From positions 2,304,001-2,368,000 of the forward strand of contig JBKAGP010000001.1 of assembly GCA_046290465.1 (NCBI GenBank): 64,000 nucleotides of DNA, read 5' to 3'. The translations under genes and the position numbers were made by a program. This DNA is from Planctomycetota bacterium. Lineage in GTDB: Bacteria; Planctomycetota; UBA1135; UBA2386. How positions within the stretch are numbered: position 1 is the first letter of the stretch; every line of letters starts with the position of its first letter. Shown piece after piece: positions 9,982 to 19,462 of the stretch. The notes beneath the pieces were generated by a model that ran no database searches, was not told the DNA's origin, and worked only from the letters and a program-made list of their open reading frames with translations.

Positions 9982-10980
9982 TTGAGGTTCCAGCTCGGCA
10001 TTCTGGCATGCCTGCTGGCCGGCTGCGTGACGCAGTCGACCGAGTCGACCTCCCCGTCCGCGCCGAGCGGTCGGCTCGCCGCGGTGCCCGGCCAGCAGGG
10101 CGTGCTGCGCATCGGCCTCGAGTTCCTGCCGCCCGACGACCGCTTCCCGGAGCTGGAACCGGTGCTCGCCGAGCCGCGCGTCGCCACCAGCCCGAAGGTC
10201 AGCGCGCGCCGACGCGCCGTGCAGACGATCGAACTGGGCGCCGAGCAGCCTTCTCGTTCTCCCAGCCTGTCGCAGGTCGACATCGATGCGATCGAGGACC
10301 CGATCGCGCGCGAGGCGATGCAGTTCTGCAGCGACCTGATCGCGGCCGACCGCCAGCGCGTGGTCCGCGAGGTCGGCATCCCGTTCTTCGACTTCAACTA
10401 CGAGGACCCCGACCGCGGCCCGCTGCTGACCAGCGAACGGCGGCTGCGCGAGGACCACGAACGGTGGAGCCAGCAGCGCGGCACCAGCCTGCTGAAGCGG
10501 CCGCTGCGGCAGCTCGCCAAGCGCCTGCCGATCGCGCGCGAGTTCGAGATCGCGGTGCAGGAGTTCCGGTCGGATCACGTGCCGCTGACCAAGGAGTACC
10601 GCAAGGCCCACGGCGACCGCCGCAAGCTCGGCCGCCTGTCGCTGCGCCTGCACGTTCGTGAGTTCGAGGACCCGGTCGAGGTCGTCTACATCCACAACTC
10701 GGGGGTGCGCCTCGGCACCAGCCAGCAGCGCGCCAAGATGTCGCTGAACTTCGACCTGTCGGACACGCTGCAGGTCGGCCTGCGCGCCCGCACCGACTAC
10801 GAGAGCGGTCGATCCGGCATCCGGACGGACCTGATCTACCGCCCGTCGCCGCACATGAGTGTGCACCTGGCCGCCGGCGACGACATGGACTTCCTGTCGA
10901 CGTCGTCGCTCTACTCGCTGTTCGAGTCGCCGATGGACGGCCGGGCCGGCCTGGTGCTCTACGCCGTGCACACTTTCTGA
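9982..10980 (+). CDS. Hypothetical lipoprotein, possible outer-membrane beta-barrel C-terminus
   Basis: LLAGC lipobox. Amphipathic beta-strand pattern ending in LVLYAVHTF. TTG start uncertain. Confidence 0.65.
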   Translation: MRFQLGILACLLAGCVTQSTESTSPSAPSGRLAAVPGQQGVLRIGLEFLPPDDRFPELEPVLAEPRVATSPKVSARRRAVQTIELGAEQPSRSPSLSQVDIDAIEDPIAREAMQFCSDLIAADRQRVVREVGIPFFDFNYEDPDRGPLLTSERRLREDHERWSQQRGTSLLKRPLRQLAKRLPIAREFEIAVQEFRSDHVPLTKEYRKAHGDRRKLGRLSLRLHVREFEDPVEVVYIHNSGVRLGTSQQRAKMSLNFDLSDTLQVGLRARTDYESGRSGIRTDLIYRPSPHMSVHLAAGDDMDFLSTSSLYSLFESPMDGRAGLVLYAVHTF

Positions 10981-10983
10981 TCG

Positions 10984-11949
10984 ATGCCGCGCCTGTGCAT
11001 CGACTTCGCCCGCCGCGCGGCCCAACATGGCGCCGTGATCCGGTCGGCGGTGGCTCTGTGCGTGGTTGCGATGGTGTGCGCGTGCACGGTCCAGCAACGG
11101 CCCAACCACCCGCGCCCGGCGCTGCCGGCGCACTATCCGCCGGTGCCGGTGCCGGAGATCCTCGAGCTCGAGGCGGCCGACTGCGGCCGCCAGCTCGGCG
11201 TGCTCGCGCACGGCGAAGAACGGGTGCGCTTCGAGGTCCGTCGCCATCCGCGCGCCGCGGGCGAGCCGCCGCGGCCGCTGGTGCTGCTGGTGCCGATCCT
11301 CGCCGGCGGCAAGGAACTGATGGGCCTGGTCGCCGAGCACGTGCGCGGCGAGGGCTTCGACGTCGCCTTCTGCGAACGCGCCGGGTCGGCGCTGTCGCCG
11401 CCGCAGCGCGGCCCCGAACTCGACGAACTGTTCCGCCGCACGGTGCTGCACCAGCGGCTGCTGCTCGCCTGGCTGCGCGCCGGCGACGAGCCGCCGCCGC
11501 ACGTGCACGTGCTCGGCATGTCGATGGGCGGCATCGTCACGACCGTGCTGGCCGCCCACGAGCCGACGATCGACAGCGTCGCGATCTGCCTCGCCGGCGC
11601 CGACCTCGCCGGGCTCGTGCTGGTCACCTCCGAACGCCGCGTGCACCGCTGGCTCGACTGGCGCCAGGACACCGATGGCATCGGCTCCGACTCGCTCTAC
11701 TGGGAGATCCGGCAGTTCCTGGAGCACGAACCGGCGCGCTTCGCCGCGCAGGTGCCGACCGAGAAGGTCCTGTTCGTCAGCGCCGCGTTCGACACGGTGG
11801 TGCCGCGGCGCAACCAGAGCCTTTTATGGGAAGGACTTGGGCGGCCGCAGCGGCTCGACGTGCCGTTCGGTCACTACACCGCCGCCGTCGCGGTCGGGCA
11901 GGTGATCGGCGCGGCTGCGGCACACTTCCGGGCCCGCCAGGACCGATAG
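10984..11949 (+). CDS. Alpha/beta hydrolase (probable lipoprotein)
   Basis: GMSMGG nucleophile elbow, FDTVV Asp and GHY His. The start may be GTG 11035. Confidence 0.8.
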   Translation: MPRLCIDFARRAAQHGAVIRSAVALCVVAMVCACTVQQRPNHPRPALPAHYPPVPVPEILELEAADCGRQLGVLAHGEERVRFEVRRHPRAAGEPPRPLVLLVPILAGGKELMGLVAEHVRGEGFDVAFCERAGSALSPPQRGPELDELFRRTVLHQRLLLAWLRAGDEPPPHVHVLGMSMGGIVTTVLAAHEPTIDSVAICLAGADLAGLVLVTSERRVHRWLDWRQDTDGIGSDSLYWEIRQFLEHEPARFAAQVPTEKVLFVSAAFDTVVPRRNQSLLWEGLGRPQRLDVPFGHYTAAVAVGQVIGAAAAHFRARQDR

Positions 11950-12064
11950 CACGGCGGCCAGGTTCGCGGCCGGGCGCAACGCCGGAGGTTCTCGAACCCT
12001 TGCACGTTACGGGGCCTCCCTCTTTGATCTGACCCCCGGAATTCCAACCCGACCGACTCTGACC

Positions 12065-13264
12065 ATGTACGTTCGCACTGCTGTCGTGGCGCCGCTGATG
12101 CTGGCTGCCGTCCTCAACGCCCAGGAGACCCCGGAGATCCAGGGGCCGACCCCGGCCCAGCAGCTCGAGCAGCTCAAGCTCGAGAAGCAGCGTCTGCAGA
12201 AGGAGATCGGCTACGCCAAGGAGCGCGTCGACAACGCCAGCAGCCTGCTGTCGAAGAAGCTCCAGCGCAGCGCGCCGGAGTTCAAGTCGATCGACGCCGG
12301 CAAGCCGAAGGGCATGTTGTCGGTGCAGCCGCGCAAGCGCGTCGAGCGCAAGGTGGCGCGCATCGGCACCGCCGAGGAGATGAAGATCGGCGGCGGCGAG
12401 GCGCTCGTGGTCGTCAACCGCCGCGGCATCTCGCAGGCGGCCTACGACGACGTCAGCAACTACCTGAAGAGCTACAACCCGCAGGCCAACGAGGACCTGA
12501 CGGCGCAGCGCGTGCTCTACGACCTGATCCGCATCGAGGGCGTCGCCGGGGAGTTCGTCGAGAACCCGGGCAAGGTCCAGCTCGCCGAGGCCTACGACAA
12601 GCTGCGCAAGGGCGAGATGTCGTTCGAGGACGCCGCGCAGAAGTACGGCACCGTGCAGGGTGCCGGCAAGGACGGCCAGATGAACGTGACCCGCAACTCG
12701 GTGCAGGGTCCGTTCTTCGAGTTCCTGGCGTTCTCGACCGAGGTCGGCAAGGTGTCGCGCCCGTTCCTGAGCCCGCGCGGCTACGTCGTGCTGAAGCCGG
12801 AGCAGCTGATCAAGGGCCAGCAGCCGTCGCTCGACAAGGTCGCGTGCAAGGTCGTGCTGTTCAAGTTCGCCGAGGACGACAAGGTCATGCTCGACGCGCA
12901 GTACAAGGTGACCTCGGGCCAGGCCGACGTGCTGGTGCGCGACGAGTCGATCCTGAAGAAGCTGCCGGCGCTCTACCGCCCGCAGGAGGCGCGTCCGTCG
13001 CCGCTGAAGATGATGGCGAGCCAGGTTCGCAACCTGCAGGGCGCGCTCGATCAGCTCGAGGCCAAGGGCGAGGGTGACACGCAGCAGGCCCAGGCCATCC
13101 GCGGCCAGATCCAGGCGCTGCAGAAGCGCATCGACGAGATCGCCGCGGAGAAGGCGGACGAGACCGACGGCAAGCAGGACGCCGACGTGAAGGACGACGT
13201 CATCAAGGGCGCACCGAAGATCAAGGCGGCGCCGCAGCCGAAGAAGCCGGGCGGCGGCAACTGA
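12065..13264 (+). CDS. Secreted parvulin/PpiC-like peptidyl-prolyl isomerase domain protein
   Basis: Signal peptide. SFEDAAQKYG...F...VGKVSRPFLSPRGYVVLK parvulin-like pattern. Confidence 0.7.
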   Translation: MYVRTAVVAPLMLAAVLNAQETPEIQGPTPAQQLEQLKLEKQRLQKEIGYAKERVDNASSLLSKKLQRSAPEFKSIDAGKPKGMLSVQPRKRVERKVARIGTAEEMKIGGGEALVVVNRRGISQAAYDDVSNYLKSYNPQANEDLTAQRVLYDLIRIEGVAGEFVENPGKVQLAEAYDKLRKGEMSFEDAAQKYGTVQGAGKDGQMNVTRNSVQGPFFEFLAFSTEVGKVSRPFLSPRGYVVLKPEQLIKGQQPSLDKVACKVVLFKFAEDDKVMLDAQYKVTSGQADVLVRDESILKKLPALYRPQEARPSPLKMMASQVRNLQGALDQLEAKGEGDTQQAQAIRGQIQALQKRIDEIAAEKADETDGKQDADVKDDVIKGAPKIKAAPQPKKPGGGN

Positions 13265-13271
13265 GTCCTGG

Positions 13272-14084
13272 ATGGCAGCGATTCGCAAGAGTGGCGGCGT
13301 CGTTCCGTTCTTCTGGCAGGGCAAGATCCTCGATCCCCGCGACGACGCCTTCGCGGAAGCCCTGTCCCCCCAGCGGTTCCGGACCATCGAGAACGCTGCC
13401 AGCGAAGAGACGTCGATCGGCTGGGTGACCCCGGCCGATCCGACCGGCGACAGCTTCGCGATCGAGGACCTCGACGGCGGCATCGGCACCTGGCTGCGCT
13501 TCCGCATCGACAAGAAGTCGATGCCGATGAAGTGGCTGCAGATCCATCGCGACGCCGCCGAGAAGGCGCGCGGCAAGAAGCTGTCCGCCAAGGAGCGCCG
13601 CGAGCTGAAGGAAGACCTGATGGACCAGCTGCTGCCGCGCGTGCTGCCGACCATCACGCTGGTCGACGCGCTGCTGTTCCACGAGCGCAAGACGGTGCTG
13701 CTGTTCGCGACCAGCAAGAGCGCCAAGGAGGCGTTCGCGAAGCTGTTCTTCGAGACGTTCACGGTGCAGCTCGAGACCGCCGATCCGCTGCAGAGCGGGC
13801 TGCGGTCGGACCTGAGCCCGGACCAGAAGCACGCGCTCGAACGACTCGAACCGATCCGCTGGCCGAACACGACGATCGCCGACGGCGGCCTGCCGTCGAT
13901 CGAGCGTGCGGCCGCGCCGATGGCGCCCGCGCAGGAGCCGCTGGACGTCGTCGACGAGCCGGCGGCAGCGGCGGCGGAGGCGGAGGAGCCGATCGGCACC
14001 GACGAGGCGGCCGTCGCCGACGAATCCGCCGCGACCGAGCCGCCGTTCGAAGCCGACGAAGACGTCCGGGAGGAGCAGCAATGA
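13272..14084 (+). CDS. rdgC: RdgC-like recombination-associated protein
   Basis: SIGWVTP, FRIDKKSMP and KERRELKEDLMDQLLPRVLP resemble the RdgC N-terminal half. Acidic tail. Confidence 0.7.
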   Translation: MAAIRKSGGVVPFFWQGKILDPRDDAFAEALSPQRFRTIENAASEETSIGWVTPADPTGDSFAIEDLDGGIGTWLRFRIDKKSMPMKWLQIHRDAAEKARGKKLSAKERRELKEDLMDQLLPRVLPTITLVDALLFHERKTVLLFATSKSAKEAFAKLFFETFTVQLETADPLQSGLRSDLSPDQKHALERLEPIRWPNTTIADGGLPSIERAAAPMAPAQEPLDVVDEPAAAAAEAEEPIGTDEAAVADESAATEPPFEADEDVREEQQ

Positions 14085-14599
14085 GCCTGGCCAACGAAGG
14101 GGTCGAGAGCCACGGGTTCCTCGGCGAAGAGTTCCTCACCTGGCTGTGGTTCCGCTGGGAGACCGAGGGCGGCGAGTTCACGCTGAGCGGCGGCCGCGTG
14201 GTCGGCATCGCGCTCGACGACTTCCTGACGTTCGCGGCGCTGACCGAGGACGAGACCGAGCAGACGCTGCGCCGCGGCCTGCCGACGCGCACCGCCGAGG
14301 CTCGCACCGCCCTGCGCCAGGGCCACCGCTTGCGCAAGGCGCGCCTGCTGGTCGCCGAGGGCGACCGCCAGTGGACCGCCACGCTCGACGCGCCGTCGCT
14401 GACCCTAAGCGGCGTCAAGCTGCCCGACGACGCCGAGGAGTGCGAATCGGAGATGGACCGCACCGCCGACCGCGCCGCCAACTGGCTGGCGCTGCACGAG
14501 ATCGTGCAGGCCCTCTACGGCCTGTTCCTCAAGGAGCGCCTCCGCGACGACTACCGCTCCACCGCCGCCGAAGCCCAAGCCACCTGGATGGCAAAGTAG
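14081..14599 (+). CDS. RdgC-associated protein (resembles RdgC C-terminal half)
   Basis: FLGEEFLTWLWF and EARTALRQGHRLRKARL. ATGA-coupled to the upstream gene with an AGGAG RBS. Confidence 0.7.
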   Translation: MSLANEGVESHGFLGEEFLTWLWFRWETEGGEFTLSGGRVVGIALDDFLTFAALTEDETEQTLRRGLPTRTAEARTALRQGHRLRKARLLVAEGDRQWTATLDAPSLTLSGVKLPDDAEECESEMDRTADRAANWLALHEIVQALYGLFLKERLRDDYRSTAAEAQATWMAK

Positions 14600-15710
14600 C
14601 CGTACGGTACGCGGTTCATCCTCCAACTTTCGCGGCGGCCCGGAGCATCGGACCGTAGACCGCGAGCATCGCGGTGTGGCCGGTCGCCGCCAGCCAGCTG
14701 GCGAACTCGCCGCACTCCGCCAACTCTGAACGTGCGGCTGCCACGATGCGGCGGGCGGCCTCGCCGGTTCGCCGCATGGTGACGCCAACCTGCTGGAACG
14801 ACAGCCCGGCGAGGTCGCGCAACAGCAGCGCCGTGCCCGCCGCGTGCCAGGTCGTGCGCTTGCCGCGCAGGCGTCGCTGCGGCGCCTCGATCGCGGCGAG
14901 CGCCGATGCCGGCACCAGCTGCCAGCCGGTGTCGACCCCGTCCGCCAGCCTCGCCTTGCTCCGCACCCAGCTCAGCACGGCCGGCGCCGCCCCCGCGAGC
15001 AACATGTCGGTCGGGTCTGCACCCCCCTTGCCGGGCGTTCGCCGTCGGTCCAACCAGTCCATCGTGCCGCCGGGAAAGCCCCGCGCGAACACCTGCTGGT
15101 AGCGACTCGGGTCGTAGTGGCGCTGCTCCGTCCGCGAACGGACCTCCCGCTCGATCCACTCCCGCGCCAGCCAGTCCGGCCCGGCCGTCGCGTTCGCGTA
15201 GTGGTGACAACTGCCGTAGGGATAGTCGGCCGCGGTCGGCGCCAGCCGCGCCTGCACCGGATTGGCGTCGATGTAGCCGACCAGCACCCGCCGATACGCG
15301 AGCGAGTCGACCCTGCGAGACCAGAACCGACCGCGAAGCAGCGGACCGTCGCGCCGCCGGCCCCGATTGAAGTAGCGCACGTACGGCAGCTGGATCGCGT
15401 GCATCGCGTCCGACAGGGCCGCGTCGCCGCACCGCACCAGCAGGTGGAAGTGCGTCGCGAGCAGCGTGAACGCGTGCACCTCGAGACCGGAGCGCTCGAC
15501 CTCGGCGCGCACGCCATCGAGGAACACCCCCATGTCGAGGTCGTTCTCGAACATCGTGCGTCGCGCCAACGCGCGGTTGGTCACGTGGAACCAGCCGCCT
15601 TCCTCCGCATTCCTGGGTCTTCGGACCATGCCACCTGTCGGTGGGCACCAGGACGCGAATGTGCGCCGACCGGGCGCGAAAGTTGGAGGATGAACCGCGT
15701 ACCGTACGGC
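14599..15710. mobile_element. RAYT-type (HUH/Y1) element bounded by perfect 36-bp inverted repeats
   Basis: 14599-14634 GCCGTACGGTACGCGGTTCATCCTCCAACTTTCGCG is the exact reverse complement of 15675-15710. The repeats enclose a single Y1 transposase gene. Confidence 0.85.
14616..15629 (-). CDS. REP-associated tyrosine transposase (Y1/HUH) with C-terminal HTH-like domain, 337 aa
   Basis: MVRRPR..WFHVTNR, THFHLLV (HUH), GPLLRGRFWS, YIDANPV and DYPYGS. C-terminal GLSFQQVG HTH-like segment. Stop codon lies inside the left IR. Confidence 0.9.
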   Translation of the reverse strand: MVRRPRNAEEGGWFHVTNRALARRTMFENDLDMGVFLDGVRAEVERSGLEVHAFTLLATHFHLLVRCGDAALSDAMHAIQLPYVRYFNRGRRRDGPLLRGRFWSRRVDSLAYRRVLVGYIDANPVQARLAPTAADYPYGSCHHYANATAGPDWLAREWIEREVRSRTEQRHYDPSRYQQVFARGFPGGTMDWLDRRRTPGKGGADPTDMLLAGAAPAVLSWVRSKARLADGVDTGWQLVPASALAAIEAPQRRLRGKRTTWHAAGTALLLRDLAGLSFQQVGVTMRRTGEAARRIVAAARSELAECGEFASWLAATGHTAMLAVYGPMLRAAAKVGG

Positions 15711-15715
15711 AACTC

Positions 15716-16345
15716 TCAGGGGTGGCGTTCGGGGAGGTGGGACATGGCGTTGCGGTTGAGGTGGGCCATGAGGTCGCGGACGTCGCGGAAGCCGGGCACG
15801 GTGTGGCCGCCGATTGGCACGATCGGCGGCGGGTCCACCTGTTCGTCGAAGCTGCGGGACGAGTCGAGCGGGTCGCGGTCGGCCTGGCGCCAGCGACCGT
15901 GCGCGACGAACGTCCACTGCCGTCCCTGGCCGCGGGTCGACAGCAGCTGCCAGACCAGGTCCCAGCTCGCCTGCTGCAGCGTGCGGTCCCCCTCGGCATC
16001 GAACGCGCGCACATCGAGGTGCAGCACGGCGTCGGCCTGCAGCGCGCGACCGATGCTCGCCTCGTCGTCGAGCGAGACCGCCAGGTCCGACTCGGCCAGC
16101 ATCTCGAGCGCGACCCCCGGCGCGATCACGCGGTAGCCACGACGACCTAACTGGTAGGCAAGACCGGTGAACCACAGCTCGTCGTCGGGCGGCTCGCCGC
16201 CGGCCACCAGCGGCCAGATCGCGACCGTCTCCGGCACGTCCCCCCGGATCGGCACGACCTCGACGCCGTCCCCGACGCGACAGCCGCCGAGCGTGGCCAG
16301 CGCCGACAGCCCCACGACCAACAACCCCACCGTCGCGGCACGCAT
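15716..16345 (-). CDS. Hypothetical lipoprotein (DUF799/GNA1162-like)
   Basis: LGGC lipobox. TVAIWP, RRGYRV and IGRALQADAVL pattern. Confidence 0.65.
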   Translation of the reverse strand: MRAATVGLLVVGLSALATLGGCRVGDGVEVVPIRGDVPETVAIWPLVAGGEPPDDELWFTGLAYQLGRRGYRVIAPGVALEMLAESDLAVSLDDEASIGRALQADAVLHLDVRAFDAEGDRTLQQASWDLVWQLLSTRGQGRQWTFVAHGRWRQADRDPLDSSRSFDEQVDPPPIVPIGGHTVPGFRDVRDLMAHLNRNAMSHLPERHP

Positions 16346-16348
16346 GCG

Positions 16349-17941
16349 TCAGCGCGCGCCCCCGGAGAGGCGCGGCAACATCTCGTCGCGCTGCGCGGTC
16401 TGCCAGACGAACGTCGCCATGATCACCGACGCCTGCTTCAGGTCGTCGGCAACCGCGTGGTCCCAGTTGTCCATGTTGGAGTGGTGCGTGCGCGTGCTGT
16501 AGCTGACCGCGTCCTGGATGAACTGGAACCCCGGCACCCCGACCCCGTGGAACGCCAGGTGGTCGGTGCCGCCGGTGTTGTCGAGCGTCAGCGTCGACGC
16601 CGCGTGCACGTGGAACGGCCGCAGCCACGGTCGGAACACCCGCGCGACGTCCTCGTTGCCCTGCAGGTAGACGCCGCGGATGCGGCCGGTGCCGTTGTCG
16701 AGGTTGAAGTAGCCCGACACCTTCGCCGCCTCGTCCGTCGGCGACTCCTTGCTGCCCAGGTGCTGCCGCACGTAGGCGCGCGAGCCGAGCAGCCCCTGCT
16801 CCTCGCCGCTCCACAGGCAAGAACGGATGGTGCGACGCGGCCGCACGCCCTTCTGCTTGCAGTATTCGCTGATCAACCGCGACGCCTCCAGCACGACCGC
16901 GCTGCCGCAGCCGTTGTCGGTCGCACCGGTGCCCGACTGCCAGCTGTCCAGGTGCGCACCGATCATCGCGAACTGGTCGGCGAGGTCGCTGCCCTCGAGG
17001 TCGGCGACGACGTTGTAGTCGTTCTGCTCGCCGTCGAAGAAGCTCGCGCGCAGCTCGACCGCGACCCGCACCGGCAGCCCCTTCTGCAGGATCCGGCACA
17101 TCCGGTTGTAGTGTTCGACCGCGATCGTCATCTGCGGGATCACCTTGGCGTCCGCATCGCGCGCGCTCTTGCGCTCGGCGCGCGGCGTGTCCGGCGGGTT
17201 GACGGCGCGCGCGCCGGTCGTGAACACGGTGCCGTATTCGCCCTTGCTGCCGCAGTCGACGATCGCCAGCGGTTCCTTCTGCTGCACGATCGCCATCATC
17301 TGCATGCGCTTCTGGAAGCCGATGCGGAAGCTGTTGCGGGACCGCGCCGAGCGCGCCCGGTCCCCCGACCGCTGCGTCTCGGCGCGCTGCTGGTCGGCGA
17401 GCCGCAGCAGGCTCTCGGTGTCATGACGCGTACTGACCCCGTCGAACGGCTCGCGCACCGTGCGCATGTCGGCGATCAACACGACCTTGCCCGCGAGGTC
17501 GGTCTTGCGCAGCTCGTCCGCGGTCATCGACGCGACGTGCACGACGTCGGCCTCGATCCGACCTTCGACTCCCGGCGACCAGGCCTTGGCGTATGCGATC
17601 ACCGGCCACGGGTTGTCGCCGACGACCGACATCGCGACGTGGTCGCAGCGCCAGCCGCGCCCGAACGGCCCCCACTCCTCGAGCTCGGGAGCCATGCCCA
17701 TCTGCCGGAAGCGGTTGGCCGACCACTGCTGCGCCTTGCGCAGGTTCGGCGAGCCGGTCACGCGCGGGCCGTAGACGTCGCACAGCCAGCTCAGGTGCTC
17801 CATCACCTGCGAGCGTTCGAGGCCCTCCTCGAGGAAGAACGCGACGGCGGCCTCGTCGACGGCACCGTCGGCGCCCGGCACCTGGGCCGGCAACAGGGAG
17901 GCGAGGGAAGAGACGACGAACGTGAGCATCGGGACGCGCAT
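16349..17941 (-). CDS. Secreted M28-family metallopeptidase
   Basis: GAHLDSW, GATDNG, GEEQGL, NLD, GTDH and HHSNMD. Signal peptide from ATG 17941. Confidence 0.9.
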   Translation of the reverse strand: MRVPMLTFVVSSLASLLPAQVPGADGAVDEAAVAFFLEEGLERSQVMEHLSWLCDVYGPRVTGSPNLRKAQQWSANRFRQMGMAPELEEWGPFGRGWRCDHVAMSVVGDNPWPVIAYAKAWSPGVEGRIEADVVHVASMTADELRKTDLAGKVVLIADMRTVREPFDGVSTRHDTESLLRLADQQRAETQRSGDRARSARSRNSFRIGFQKRMQMMAIVQQKEPLAIVDCGSKGEYGTVFTTGARAVNPPDTPRAERKSARDADAKVIPQMTIAVEHYNRMCRILQKGLPVRVAVELRASFFDGEQNDYNVVADLEGSDLADQFAMIGAHLDSWQSGTGATDNGCGSAVVLEASRLISEYCKQKGVRPRRTIRSCLWSGEEQGLLGSRAYVRQHLGSKESPTDEAAKVSGYFNLDNGTGRIRGVYLQGNEDVARVFRPWLRPFHVHAASTLTLDNTGGTDHLAFHGVGVPGFQFIQDAVSYSTRTHHSNMDNWDHAVADDLKQASVIMATFVWQTAQRDEMLPRLSGGAR

Positions 17942-18004
17942 GGGACCTCCGGGAATGGGCACCCACGTATACGGCCGCGTTACGATCGCGGCGAGCCCTA
18001 CGAG

Positions 18005-19396
18005 ATGAACCAGATGTCCCGTGTGTTCCCTCTCCTGCTGGCGCTCGCGTCCGTCGCGTGTGCACAGCAGTCCATGGTCGAAAGCATGAACCGCCGGTTC
18101 GCGACGACGTCGCCGAAGGCCGGGGAGATGCTGCCCGACGCGACCGGCTTCACGATGCGCGGCGAGCCGTTCGCGCTGCGCGACACGCGCGGCAAGCTGA
18201 CCGTGCTGGTGACCGGCTGCCTCACCTGAGTGCCGTTCCTGCGCAACGTCCCCGGTCTGGAGGCGGTCTATCGTGACTACGCGAAGAAGGGCGTGCAGTT
18301 CTTCATCGTCTACAAGTCGGTCGTGCACCCCGGCACCAACGGCGTGCTCGACGCGGTCACCGAACGAGAACGGATCCTGCAGCTGCAGCTCGCCAGGGAG
18401 CGCCTCGGCACCACCGTGCCGATGGTCAGCGACTCGCTCGACGGCGCGATCGTGCGCGCGCTGCAGTCCGCGCCCAACGCCGAGTTCGTCATCGACGCCG
18501 ACGGCACGGTGCTGTCGCGCAAGTTCTGGCACGACCCGGCGGCGCTGCGCACGTTCCTGGCGCAGCGGGTCGGCGAGGTCGAGCCGGCGACGCGCGTCGA
18601 GGACCTCGGCATGCGGCTCGAGTGGCCGGAGCGCAAGGCGAAGACCGGCCTCGTGCCGCGCAAGCAGGTGCCGCCGGACATGAGCATCGCGGTGTCGCAG
18701 CCGGTGCTGCCCGAAGACCCACAGGCGCTTCGCGACATGACGCCGTTCTTCGCCAAGCTGCTCGTCGAGGCGGACCAGCCGCTGATGCAGCAAGGCTCCG
18801 GCAAGCTCTACCTCGGCTTCTACCTCGACCCGGTCTACCAGGTGCACTGGAACAACCCCGCCGGCGGACTGTCGTGGCAGCTGGCGGTCGTCGACGACGG
18901 TGGCGACCAGCGATTCGAACCGATCCGCGGAGCGACGCCGAAGTTCGAGCACGAGATCGACCTCGACCCGCGCGAGTTCGTGCTCGACGTCGACCTGCCC
19001 ACCGCGAAGGCCCTGCAGCTGACGGTCACCTACACGGTCTGCGCCGACGACGATTCGTTCTGCATGCCGGTGACGCAGCAGCACCGGATCGAGCTGAAGC
19101 CGAAGCCGGGCGGCGCGTCGCGGGCGGGCGACTGGATGACCGAACTGGTCGGCGACCCGATGGCCCACGACGCCGATGGCGACGGCCGGGTGACGCTCGC
19201 GGAGCTGCCCGAGCAGCGCGCCCGGATCATCCTGCTGCACTACGACCACAACCACGACCAGGCGATCGATGCCCGCGAGGCCGCGCTGTTCTACCGGATG
19301 GTCCGGCTGCGCCCGGGCGAACGCACGACGACCGCTGCCAAGGCGAGCGCCCCGGCAACGGCCACCCCCAAGGAACCGCGGCGCGACGGCCGATAA
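18005..19396 (+). CDS. Secreted selenoprotein: deiodinase-like/redoxin domain (CLTU) + DsbD-N-like domain + EF-hand pair, 463 aa
   Basis: The signal-peptide ORF ends at TGA 18227-18229 in GCLT*VPF and the same frame continues (LEAVYRDY..GVQFFIVY..HP). DADGDGRVTLAE EF-hand. SECIS-like hairpin downstream. Confidence 0.85.
18248..18264 (+). promoter_or_regulatory. Candidate bacterial SECIS hairpin
   Basis: G(T)CCCC-GGTCT-GG(A)GGC. The GGUCU loop starts 24 nt after the UGA and resembles the E. coli fdhF SECIS loop. Confidence 0.55.
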
Positions 19397-19419
19397 GGCC
19401 CGAAGGTGAGCACAGGTCC

Positions 19420-19448
19420 TTGACCAACGGGCGCCGCTGGCGCAGATT
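19420..19448 (+). promoter_or_regulatory. Putative sigma70-type promoter of the metal efflux operon
   Basis: TTGACC-N17-CAGATT, ending 14 nt before ATG 19463. Confidence 0.45.
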
Positions 19449-19462
19449 CCGCAGACCGCACG

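Noticed and set aside
14616..17099. 827-aa transposase
   Set aside because: The Y1 domain starts at ATG 15629. The upstream extension crosses the IR and overlaps two other genes out of frame.
18230..19396. Stand-alone 388-aa ORF starting at GTG 18230
   Set aside because: No RBS, and it starts in the middle of the redox motif directly after an in-frame TGA. Sec read-through explains it better.
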